Position numbers and translations under genes: made by a program. From Eledone cirrhosa (taxonomy: Eukaryota): a stretch of DNA of 64,000 nucleotides. Below are positions 30,308 through 40,847 of the stretch, in pieces. The notes below the pieces were generated by a model that searched no databases, was not told the origin of the DNA, and saw nothing but the letters and a program-made list of their open reading frames with translations. The stretch covers positions 74,090,001-74,154,000 of the forward strand of contig OZ024743.1 in NCBI GenBank assembly GCA_964016885.1, in the 5' to 3' direction. Every line of letters starts with the position of its first letter. Position 1 is the stretch's first letter.

Positions 30308-30409
<102 letters not shown>

Positions 30410-30504
30410 ACTATAAACAGGAAAGATCAGTAATTCATTACTACCTTATTACCAGTAAGAAAATAGCTCAATGTAAATACAGGAGATGTTTTACAGAGCC
30501 GGAA

Positions 30505-30642
30505 TATAAATTACACAATAATCAAAGCTATGTTCAAATCATTTTATTGCTGACAATCGTTTCTTCCAAACGATAGTTTGGAAGAAACGATTGTCAGCAA
30601 TAAAATGATTTGAACATAGCTTTGATTATTGTGTAATTTATA
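30505..30642. repeat. Perfect palindrome, 67-bp arms, GATA loop
   Basis: 30505-30571 is the reverse complement of 30576-30642. Confidence 0.95.
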
Positions 30643-31049
30643 ATTTATATTTATATATATATATATACATATCATTGAACATGTATATCAGATAATAGAT
30701 CTGTTATGTATAATTAATGGTAAATATTAGTTTTATAATATCTTTAATTGACATATAAATATCTTATAATATCTGACATAATTAATCATTTATGAAAGAT
30801 ATTTAATATTTGACTTTTGTGATTATACATCTGCGATTGCAAATTGTAACAGTATTATGGTTTCAATCTCTCCATCTCTCTCACCCTTTCTCTTTGTCTC
30901 TCTCTCTCTCCATCTCTCTCTCCCTTTCTCTTTGTCTCTCTCTCTCTCTCACACACACACACTCACACATACACACACATACACACACATTCACACACAC
31001 ATACACACACACACATACCACACACATACACCACACACACACACACGGG

Positions 31050-31099
<50 letters not shown>

Positions 31100-31684
31100 A
31101 TCTTCCGAGTAAGTTTACAAATCAACCATCCCAAAGACTTTATTTTCGTTGAGCTGACTACTGGCATATTTCGATTTTATTGAGGTTTGGATAACAGAAG
31201 GCAAACCTCACCCGAATCACATATCTGGCAATGTGCCAAGAAAATGGGAAATCTACAATGCACCCTTGCACATATTAGATGGTGGTGGTGGTGGTGGTAG
31301 TGCTGGGGTGGAGGTATATTCAAGAAAATCATTACTGGATCACCGAAAATGAAAACTTATTGGCAGAAGTAGAAAAAGAAATTCTGTGAAGTTATAGGAT
31401 AACATGTGTTGGTATGGGAAAGTAGGGGAAAGGAGTATAAAAGCCATAAAAGAGAGGGAAAGGAAAGGAAAGGAAAAGCAAAGACTCTAGGATCACAGAA
31501 GAAAAGGAAGGGGAGGAGAGAGTACCAGGGGGGGGGGGGCTCATTTTCTTATAATAGTAGGATATAATTATTGCCAGTTTAGTGAACCAACTTCCTGTGC
31601 CATCACTATCTACCAAAGAGTTCCGGTTAACTGATATTCCAACACCTATGTTCTTTTGTATTATTTCTTTTTTACATTTACATA

Positions 31685-32342
31685 GGGCAGTGGTTTGGCA
31701 GAATCGGTAGAGCGTCAGACACCATGCTTTGCAGCTTAGTTATGGCCCTTTATGGTCTGAGTTCAAATCCCGCGAAGTTAACTTTGCCTTTCATTCTTAC
31801 GGGATCGATAAAATAAGGTACCAGTAATACATTGGGGGTAATCGCAGGCCTTGTGCCAAAAGTAGAAACTCTAATGCGGTGGATTGGCAGTATCGGTAGA
31901 GTGTCTGACGCCATGCTTTGCTGCAAAGAGTTACGGCCCTTTATGGTCTGAGTTCAAATCCCGCGTGGTTAACTTTGTCTTTCATCCTTACGGGGTCGAT
32001 AAAATAAAGTACCAGTAATACACTGAGATAATTGCTGGCTTTGTGCCAAAAGTAGAAACAATTATTTCTTTTTTACATTAATGAACTGCAAGTTACATTT
32101 CATATTATTAGTGTCAAGTATTGTAGGGCGGTGGATTGGCAGAATTGGTAGAGCTTCTAACACATTGCTTCGTGACAATGAGTTACGGCCCTTTATTTCT
32201 AAGTTCAAATCCCACCGAGGTTAGCTTTGCCTTTCATCCTTACGGGGTCGATAACATAATGTAACAGTTACGCACTGGGGTTAATTTAATCGACTTTCCC
32301 CTCCCCTCAAATTGCTGGCCTTGTGCCTAAATCAGAAACCAT
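31685..32342 (+). mobile_element. Three tandem family-A SINEs
   Basis: Three co-oriented gcggtggattggcag...gaaac copies. Confidence 0.86.
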
Positions 32343-32709
32343 TAATACTTTCAGTTATTCTGTCTGTCTGGCTTCCGTCGATTTTTACGAGTGTTCCAGT
32401 TGTTGAATCATCGTAACAGCCTACTTGTGAATTCTAGTGGCCGAGCATTCCACAGATACGTTTACCCTTATCGTTGTTCTCAGGAAGATTCAGTGTGTCA
32501 CAGCTAAGTGGCCTGGAGCAACGGAACATAAAGTACACAAAGGAGATCAAGAAATCGATTTCAAGATTATACGATCGGAAGGAATCGAACACTTTTAATC
32601 GCCAAGCTATGGGCCTTCCCCACTTTCAGGTAGACAGATTACTTGTAGCGACATAAAAAGATGTGAGTAAAAGCTGCAATAGTGTTACTATGATAATATT
32701 GAGTCAACG

Positions 32710-32912
32710 TAGTACAAAAATCTAGGGAGGGCTGAAAAGCCGAATGTCTTGAGAGAAGTTTTCCGGCCCTTAATTAAACTTAACTACAAAAATCTACGGA
32801 GAACTGGAAAACAGAAGTCTTCAGAGAGGTTGTTTGGTCCTTAACTACACTTAAATACAAAAATCTAGGGAAAGCTGAAGGTCTTCAAATAAGTCTTTTG
32901 GCCTTTAACTCC
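32710..32912. repeat. ~70-bp tandem repeat, 3 copies
   Basis: TACAAAAATCTA(G/C)GGA...CTG...GTCTT...CTTAA recurs at ~32713, 32784 and 32856. Confidence 0.75.
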
Positions 32913-33598
32913 TTACATTTAATAGAGCTGGGCCTCTGTTGACGTCCTCTTAACCACTTGGATATTGGGGACTTATTGTATGTAGGGCACTAAAGCTGTA
33001 TGGAAATCTCTTTTCTTCTTCTTCGACTAGACCCAGCTGAAATTTCTTTCCGATGCCTCTGCTATTAACTTGAAAGTTGTTTAATGAGATTGTACATATA
33101 TTTTACTCTTTTACCTGTTCCAGCCATCCGTTTATCTCCAATGTTTATGGTGAGGAAATGTGACCTGGAAGTCGGCTTTCCTCATGTTCATGGCTATACT
33201 GCCATATTGGTCTTATGCTGAATCTCTGACAATATGCTCCACACATTTTCTACCATCTGTGGATATATTTTGTTTTAGTTTTTCATGTTAAAACGAAAAT
33301 GTTAGATATACATTTACTCACATTTTTGTGTGTTTGTGTGTTTTTTTGTTTTTTTTGGCGGGGGTGGGGCTGTGGGGAGAGAGAGAGGATTAAAAAAAGA
33401 GGAGGAGAGATAGGAGGAGTGGGAAAGAAAGGGAGAGAGGGGAAGAGAGAAAGACAGGGAGAGAGAGAGAGCGAGGGACATTGATAATGTAAATATATCT
33501 GCATTATTATCTATTTATCTAGCTAGCTACCATCAACACACACATACGCCCGCACGCACACACATACACTTACACACATACATACATACATACATACA

Positions 33599-33632
<34 letters not shown>

Positions 33633-33655
33633 CATACATACATACATACATACAC

Positions 33656-33686
<31 letters not shown>

Positions 33687-33693
33687 CATACAC

Positions 33694-33724
<31 letters not shown>

Positions 33725-33727
33725 CAC

Positions 33728-33758
<31 letters not shown>

Positions 33759-33907
33759 CATACATACATACATACATACAGATTGACCAGTGGTTCTCAA
33801 CCTATTTTAACCTATGGACCCATTTTAATTCCTATTATACTCTGATGGATCCCCGAAGCCATTCGATGTAGTAAAAGTCCTGTTGCATTTTTATAATTAA
33901 ATATTAG

Positions 33908-34150
33908 TATTGTTATACTTTGGGGGGGTCATGTTGCCAATAAGAAACACACGCACCAGTTGCTTTCACTCCAATTTATTATAAGTTAAATTTATAAATT
34001 TAAGAATTTATAAATTTGCCGGTTGGTTGGTTGGTTCCACAACCGGACGGTTGTTCATATATTGTCAAAGTTCTTTCGTCAAACATTCTGTGACCTCTTC
34101 AGTGACTGGGGATTCTTTTCTTTGTTTTTTTTTTTTGTTTTTTTTTTATT
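33908..34150 (-). mobile_element. Penelope-like pLTR copy with hammerhead (~34064-34106)
   Basis: Reverse complement of 21790-21995, including gtcactgaagaggtcacagaatgtttgacgaaagaactttgac. Confidence 0.8.
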
Positions 34151-34281
34151 AGTAATTATATCGAAAATTGTTTAAATATTTTGTGTATTGTAGAAGTAAA
34201 ACATATTTATTGCAGATAAACTTTAGCAACTAGTGAACATTATATGGTAATTGAAGGTTCAGTAGTAAAATAAGTCATGTG

Positions 34282-34329
<48 letters not shown>

Positions 34330-34449
34330 TATATATATATATACCAATTATGAAAAATATGAAGAATTTCTTACCTTTTCCAATAGAGAATCAAAAGAAG
34401 AAAAGTGTTTTGAGTAATAACAGTAATCAGTTTCTCTCCCCACTCTCTC

Positions 34450-34486
<37 letters not shown>

Positions 34487-34698
34487 TCTACAGTGTGGAT
34501 GTCATTCACTTCGCACAGAAGTTTTGTTCAAATTTATTGAGGAAATTTTGTGAGTTCAAACTTAATTTTGATACAATTGTGTAGCTTGACCCTCCGTCTG
34601 AACTGTCAGGCGGTGGGTCAGCTCATCTTTACCCCTCCTAGAGGTGAAAAACCTGTTTTAAAAAATTTTGTGTAAAAAATTTCAATCGTCTAACAGAA

Positions 34699-36579
34699 AT
34701 GTTAAACGCAGCGAACGAAAATAGTGGTGGGGGGACAGCGGTAAGAGTTGTAAGCTCGCACGCTCTAGTCCTCCCTTCCTTCCCAACTAACGTCATAGAG
34801 AAGGAAGGAAAAATGAAAATAAAAACGGACGAATCTGCGGAGGAAAAAAAATTAAATGACGAAAACAACGAAAAAAAAAAATTTGAAAAATTGCATGACA
34901 ATACTAATAACACAAACAAAGACACAACAAACAAAAAAATAACAGTTGAAAATAACATAATATCAGAAAACAAAGCAGACGACAAGATTTCTTTTGCACA
35001 GAAAACAAAGAAATCTTTGACTTATATAGCGGAAAACATTTCAGATGTGGTACGAAGGATCACGGACGCAAAACAATACATAAGTGAAGGTGAGAATGGT
35101 ATTTTATTGGTAAAAATGCCTCAAGAATTCACGAAAGACATTGAAAGCCGAACGGTCAAGTTTCGGACCATCAACAACAGTACAAAAAAACCTGAACAGC
35201 CTTCTCAAGCAGATATCAAAACAGTACTCGCAGAAGTACTGAATGAAACAACTTTCATAAGAAAAGACAGACTGTATGGAAGCCTAGCAATTATCATGAA
35301 GAACGAATCGGCGGCAAAAAAATGTGCTTTGTCACCGATTCGTTCGAAAAATTTCACCTTTTATCCATCTTATATGGGGAAAAAAACTCAACGCATATGG
35401 CTGGATGCAATGATGCCAGATGTGGACTACTGCTGGCTCATAGCTGGCTTCATCGATCCAGTGAATGACAACGTGATTTCCATTGGGAAAACCACAGGCA
35501 ATGCGTTCAGTGGAACAGGTATAGAGCTGGTAGTACAAATGAAGCCTGAACGCATCGCCCAAATACCCGACAGAATCCTATTAGAGGACCACGGGTATAT
35601 AAACATTAGCGTGGAGGGGAGAAGGCCGTCCTGCCATATCTGTGCAGGCAGAGGGCACCTGAAGGCCGCTTGTCCCCAACTCAACAAAAAGAAAACCCTG
35701 CTACCAACACCAGCTCCACCACCACCACCACAACAGATAAACAAACAACAAAACTCAGTCCCACCCAACCCGTCCCTCAGTAACACCACAACACCACCAC
35801 AACACAAACAGTCACAACACATTACCCCAAAACAAAATACAGGCCCACCCAACCTCTCACTCAATAAAACAACACAACCACCGCAGACACAACACACAAC
35901 ACAGTCTAACATAGTGACATCCATCTCCCCCACAAAGAAAACCAACACGGAAACATTACCAGCAAACATACCTCTTCCCTCCAACACTGAAGATAACCCA
36001 ACGAATTCGGAGGAAGAAACGGAGTCCTTCAGACAGATTAAAAGGAAAAAAAGAAAACATGTGCAAAACACACAAGGACAAACAACCCCCACCCAAATCG
36101 CAACACAATCTAACAAAACAGAAAACACCCCTCCAGCAACAAACAAAACCAAACCTGCCCCTCCCCTCTTCGAAACACTCACACCATCGGAAAAAAAGAC
36201 ATTACACTATACTTACATCAACAGAAACAATAATAAATTAAATGAACTCATATACAATAATCCTTCGGTACAAACCGAAGGTGTAAACTTTGTTTCATCA
36301 GAAAACCACCCACATTTAAAACTAATAAAAATCCCAATGAACCTCTACCAAAAACTAAAAAAGGATTTTAAGGAGGACGTAGGACCACCCTCTGTCAAAC
36401 CCATAAACCGCGTCCTACTAAAAAGCTTTCCCCCTCCCCTTCCCCTCCCCAACACAACTCCAAACACCCCAACCCCACCACACACCGACGACCCCACACC
36501 ACCACAAGACACCCCTTCACCCAACACCCCCGACCCCATGGAAGTCGTGCAACCCGAACCCCGGGAAGCGGAAAGGTAG
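34699..36579 (+). CDS. LINE ORF1 protein, 626 aa, gag-like CCHC zinc knuckle
   Basis: CHICAGRGHLKAAC (CX2CX4HX4C), long P/T/Q/N-rich region, basic KRKKRKH patch, conserved C-terminal block. Confidence 0.9.
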   Translation: MLNAANENSGGGTAVRVVSSHALVLPSFPTNVIEKEGKMKIKTDESAEEKKLNDENNEKKKFEKLHDNTNNTNKDTTNKKITVENNIISENKADDKISFAQKTKKSLTYIAENISDVVRRITDAKQYISEGENGILLVKMPQEFTKDIESRTVKFRTINNSTKKPEQPSQADIKTVLAEVLNETTFIRKDRLYGSLAIIMKNESAAKKCALSPIRSKNFTFYPSYMGKKTQRIWLDAMMPDVDYCWLIAGFIDPVNDNVISIGKTTGNAFSGTGIELVVQMKPERIAQIPDRILLEDHGYINISVEGRRPSCHICAGRGHLKAACPQLNKKKTLLPTPAPPPPPQQINKQQNSVPPNPSLSNTTTPPQHKQSQHITPKQNTGPPNLSLNKTTQPPQTQHTTQSNIVTSISPTKKTNTETLPANIPLPSNTEDNPTNSEEETESFRQIKRKKRKHVQNTQGQTTPTQIATQSNKTENTPPATNKTKPAPPLFETLTPSEKKTLHYTYINRNNNKLNELIYNNPSVQTEGVNFVSSENHPHLKLIKIPMNLYQKLKKDFKEDVGPPSVKPINRVLLKSFPPPLPLPNTTPNTPTPPHTDDPTPPQDTPSPNTPDPMEVVQPEPREAER

Positions 36580-36612
36580 GTCTCTACACTCTCCTTTGGC
36601 TCTGCCGCCCAC

Positions 36613-39600
36613 ATGGATGTGTTAAGAGTAGGATGTTTGAATGCACGTGGCCTGGGCTCAACTTGGAAGCAAGCAAAGCTTCTAAATGACCTCAGGTCAT
36701 GTAGTATAAATGTAATGGTTATCTGTGAGACTCGAATCAGCGTCATGCGGCAGCTGGCCCCCACCTTCGATGACTTTGAGGTGCATGCATCTCTCTGTCA
36801 ACCTGGAGGTGGGGGTGGGGTTGTCGTGCTGCTGCAAAAACACCTGGGTCTTGCCGTACAGGTTGTGCACTCGGACCCGGAGGGTCGTTTGTTGGTGCTA
36901 GACGTTGGCAGTAGTGAAAGTGCGGCCTTGAGACTGGTCGCCGTCTACTCCCCTTTCGGAGCTGAACGGCCCGACTTCTTCCAGCGTTTGGAGACTTTTC
37001 TGGGAACGTCGCGTTCCCTGCTTCTAGCGGGGGATTGGAATGACATCCTAGATGCACGTTGGGACTATGCAGGAGCATGTCCTAATAGAGGGGGGTGTAA
37101 CAGCCTCAAGGGGTTACTCGACCGTTTTAACTTGGTCGATAGATATCGACTAGATTTTCCAACTGTGCCTACCTGGACTTGGAGAAACCACAGTGGTCAA
37201 TCTAGATCGTACTTAGATAGATTCTTAGTTAGAAGTAAGGATAGGGACATATTAAGCTGTCCAGAAATGCGCACGGTTGGCTACACGGATCACAAATTAG
37301 TGACCTGCGTGGTCAATCTCGAGAAAACACATAGACAGGGTCCCGGTTACTGGAAACTTAATTTGTCTTTACCGGCAAAAGAGACTTACAGAAACCGGAT
37401 TAGCAGATTAGTTAAGGAGAGGTTGACGGGTGCAATCGTCAACAACCGATGGTGGGCATCTCTCAAAAGAGAGATTAGAACAGAATCAATAAGTTATAGC
37501 AAGATGTTAGCTGCCAATAGGAATAGAAACGAGAAAGAATTAACAGGTAAATTAGAAGAGGCAATCAAGAGCGAAGATGTGGCCAGAGTGCTGGCATCGA
37601 GGACGGCCTTGAACCAGTTTTTCGATGCAAAGCATGAAGGCTGCGTCATTCGAAGTAAAATACGTGCTCTAGGTAATGAGGGGGCCAAAGCCGTTGGATG
37701 GGCCCGCGTGACAGAAGCTAAAAGTGGAAATCGATCCACCATCCGGTCGTTGCAAGACGAAGATGGACGAGTGATCCGGGAGCCTAAGCAGATGTGCGAG
37801 GCCTTTCAAAAGCACTTTGCCCGATTGTTCGGGGGAGGCGAGGGTCCGGGCCGGGGCGTGGATTTCGGTCCATACCTCGACGGCCTGCCGCGTCTCTCGA
37901 ACAAAGAGGCAGAGTCCTGCGAGGGACCAATCTCGGCTGATGAGATCGGAGATGCGCTGAGCCAATGCAGCAGACGCAAATCTCCAGGTCTCGATGGTAT
38001 ACCTTACGAACTTTATTTAGCAATGCCGGTCTTCTTCTCCGAACTCCTCGAAGCGGTCTACTGCAATTGGCAGCAGAACGGGAGAATTCCTTGTTCTGTA
38101 GCCAAGGGCGTAGTCACGCTGGTGAGGAAGGACGAGAACAAGGGGGATAGTATAAATAATTTTCGGCCCATAACCCTGCTAAACACAGAGTTAAAGATTT
38201 TGGCCAAGGTGTTAGCAAAGAGGTTGGCGCTTGTCGTGGGTGGCCTGGTGGGAGATGCGCAGACATGTGCTATCCCATCCAGGTCCATTCACGATAACCT
38301 CCACCTCATGCGATACATCATAGAGAGGGTTGGCAACAAACCCGGCTTCGGTGGGGCCCTGATCAACTTGGATCAGTCTAAGGCCTTCGATAGGGTCGAC
38401 CATGGTTACCTGGATGCGGTGCTAGCGGCGGCTGGGTTCGGTCCTGTTTTCAGAGGCTGGATCACTGCCCTACATAGCAACCACATCTGTTCTAGGATCA
38501 AGGTGAACGGCTACCTTTCGAAGCCGTTCGAAATCACACGATCCATTCGACAGGGGTGCCCTCTCTCCTCCCTTCTGTACGTATTGACTCTCGAGCCTTT
38601 ACTGAGGAAGTTGGAGTTGTTGCAGGGTATCCCCCTGGAACCAGGATTGAGCAAAGCGGTGTCGGCCTACGCCGATGACGTAACAGTAATGGTATCAACC
38701 GACTCGGAGATCGAGGCGATCGGTACCTTACTGGAGGAGTACGAAAGGTTGTCAGGAGCGAAACTGAACCGGGAAAAATCCATCGGGCTGCAACTCGGAA
38801 CGTGGAGAGGCAAACCGATGCCTCCTGACGGTGTCGTCGGACACTGGACGGAGGGCCCGGTAAAGTTGCTTGGGGTCTGGTTTGGACCGGACCTCCAGGT
38901 GGAAAAGAACTGGAACGAGGTTACGAACAAGGTGTTTGCACTAACCCAGAAATGGGCCAAGTGTAAGCTGTCCCTAAAAGGCCGGGCGGAGGTGGCGAAC
39001 ATTTACATAGCGTCCGTCACTTACTACCGCCTGACTGTCGTGCCTTGCCCTAAGGAAACACTCACCACCATGGAACGCATGCTCTTCCAATTTCTTTGGA
39101 AGAAGCGTCCTCCTATGGTGAGAAGATCCATCTGCTGCCAACAACCTTCGAAAGGAGGGCTGGGGATGCCGTGGTTGATGATGCGTAGGCACGCATTAAG
39201 GCTACGGCACCTACAGGTATTCCTCACTGGTCAACCGGTGTGGGCTCCGTTCGTGAAACGAGCCTTTCCGAGACTCGTCTCACTCACCGAGCTACAGTCC
39301 TGGGTCAAGCAAAGATCCGGAAAACTGGGAGACTGGCACACTGAGTGTGCTCAGGCGCTCAGGGCTCTCTGGCAAGCGGGCCGGGCCATCGGTGGAGAAT
39401 CCACCTCATCATTCTATAGAGGGCTGGTGGCTAGCAGGGGCGATGACACCCTTGGAGAGTCGCTGGACATGGAAGAAGACGAACTGGCCAGCCTGTTCGG
39501 TAGGACTTTCGGCCCAGGACCAATGGACAACTTCCAGAAGTCACTGGCCTGGCAGTGCTACCGAGGGGCTCTACCCGTTCGAGAGAGGCTCTACAGACAC

Positions 39601-40050
39601 GGGCGCCCGGGCAGGGATCCCTCAAAAAAGATTTGCCCTAGATGCGTGCGTCACGAAGAAACCGTGGCGCACGCATTGGTGCAATGTCCGGGCGTGGCTG
39701 ATCTGTGGGGCTACGCCGAACAACTACTGTCGCGGGTGGCGCCGATTAAATTGACCGCCGAGTCCGTGATGACAATCAAACCGCCTCCCCTCTTCACAAA
39801 GGAAGCAAAGGCGGTTTTTCTGTGCGTAATAGCCATGTTGAAAGAGGTTGTTTGGTGGACACGATTGAAAGGTCTGAGGTCAGGCAACTTCCTCTCTGGC
39901 CATAGTCTGGTCTACTTCTTCCGATATCACTTCGGAAGAAGGATAAGAATGGAGAGAGAGGTGCTTGGCCACAGGCAGTTTTATGAAAGGTGGGTGATAG
40001 TGGCGAGAATGGCTCGTGTAAATGGGCCTTCTCTGTATACCATCCTGTAG
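36613..40050 (+). CDS. LINE ORF2 protein, 1145 aa: APE endonuclease, reverse transcriptase, C-terminal zinc finger
   Basis: CLNARG, ICET, GDWN, YLDRF, TDH; YWKLN; KSPGLDG, FRPITLLN, DQSKAFDRV, QGCPLS, YADD; GGLG; CPRC-x8-H-x4-C. Confidence 0.97.
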   Translation: MDVLRVGCLNARGLGSTWKQAKLLNDLRSCSINVMVICETRISVMRQLAPTFDDFEVHASLCQPGGGGGVVVLLQKHLGLAVQVVHSDPEGRLLVLDVGSSESAALRLVAVYSPFGAERPDFFQRLETFLGTSRSLLLAGDWNDILDARWDYAGACPNRGGCNSLKGLLDRFNLVDRYRLDFPTVPTWTWRNHSGQSRSYLDRFLVRSKDRDILSCPEMRTVGYTDHKLVTCVVNLEKTHRQGPGYWKLNLSLPAKETYRNRISRLVKERLTGAIVNNRWWASLKREIRTESISYSKMLAANRNRNEKELTGKLEEAIKSEDVARVLASRTALNQFFDAKHEGCVIRSKIRALGNEGAKAVGWARVTEAKSGNRSTIRSLQDEDGRVIREPKQMCEAFQKHFARLFGGGEGPGRGVDFGPYLDGLPRLSNKEAESCEGPISADEIGDALSQCSRRKSPGLDGIPYELYLAMPVFFSELLEAVYCNWQQNGRIPCSVAKGVVTLVRKDENKGDSINNFRPITLLNTELKILAKVLAKRLALVVGGLVGDAQTCAIPSRSIHDNLHLMRYIIERVGNKPGFGGALINLDQSKAFDRVDHGYLDAVLAAAGFGPVFRGWITALHSNHICSRIKVNGYLSKPFEITRSIRQGCPLSSLLYVLTLEPLLRKLELLQGIPLEPGLSKAVSAYADDVTVMVSTDSEIEAIGTLLEEYERLSGAKLNREKSIGLQLGTWRGKPMPPDGVVGHWTEGPVKLLGVWFGPDLQVEKNWNEVTNKVFALTQKWAKCKLSLKGRAEVANIYIASVTYYRLTVVPCPKETLTTMERMLFQFLWKKRPPMVRRSICCQQPSKGGLGMPWLMMRRHALRLRHLQVFLTGQPVWAPFVKRAFPRLVSLTELQSWVKQRSGKLGDWHTECAQALRALWQAGRAIGGESTSSFYRGLVASRGDDTLGESLDMEEDELASLFGRTFGPGPMDNFQKSLAWQCYRGALPVRERLYRHGRPGRDPSKKICPRCVRHEETVAHALVQCPGVADLWGYAEQLLSRVAPIKLTAESVMTIKPPPLFTKEAKAVFLCVIAMLKEVVWWTRLKGLRSGNFLSGHSLVYFFRYHFGRRIRMEREVLGHRQFYERWVIVARMARVNGPSLYTIL

Positions 40051-40264
40051 GTAAAGAAGTAAAGGAGAGGGGAACACCTTCTCCATGTGCTCCCCGGGCA
40101 AAGGATTGCACACTTTTTCGGGGGTGTGTGCAACCCCCATCACGTCCCCTCCCTTTTGAGGTTATTTTCGATTATTTTCATGTTACACCCTTTTTACTCG
40201 ATTATATGTAAACTCCCCCTTTGTATTTGTCCCTTCTTTTTATGCCTTTATGGTAAATAAAGAA

Positions 40265-40337
<73 letters not shown>

Positions 40338-40391
40338 ACTATGTATCTCTCTGTGTATGTATGTAAATGTACATATGTATAAATACATATA

Positions 40392-40420
<29 letters not shown>

Positions 40421-40422
<2 letters not shown>

Positions 40423-40690
40423 GACAGGATAACAAGGACGATTGATTACTCCTTCATTGCATTTATTGATAGGTGATGCGCGTATCGCCACTGATCAGCT
40501 CAACATTCGATCTGTATCGACGGAACCTTTCAAAATGCTATAGCATTTTAAAAGGGTCTGTCGAGCTGCCGATTATTGAGTCGGGTAGGATCGATACAGA
40601 TCGAACCTTCAGCTGATTAATGGCGATACGCGCGTCACCTATCAATAAATGCAATGAAGGAGTAATCAATCGTCCTTGTTATCCTTTCAA
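40421..40690. repeat. Inverted repeat, ~100-bp arms, ~70-bp spacer
   Basis: ttgacaggataacaaggacgattgattactcc...tcgatctgtatcga versus tcgatacagatcga...ggagtaatcaatcgtccttgttatcctttcaa. Confidence 0.9.
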
Positions 40691-40794
40691 TATATTACAC
40701 TCTGTATAGCTCTACACCTCATCACAGAAGTGAACCTAAATATCGAGTGCTCTCCCGGGTGAACCTGCAGTAACTCCAAGTTACACCCCCCTGG

Positions 40795-40847
<53 letters not shown>

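Larger units (their letters stand above)
34487..40265 (+). mobile_element. Full-length, apparently intact L1/Tx1-group non-LTR retrotransposon (copy B)
   Basis: 5' UTR, two uninterrupted ORFs and a 3' UTR with AATAAA at 40256-40261. (TCTA)n on both sides (34451-34486 and 40266-40337). Confidence 0.95.

Noticed and set aside
34487-34698. HDV-like ribozyme in the LINE 5' UTR
   Set aside because: I could not build the nested double pseudoknot; only two simple hairpins are evident.
35332-40211. Antisense and alternate-frame ORFs within the LINE
   Set aside because: Shadows of the coding strand with no recognisable motifs.
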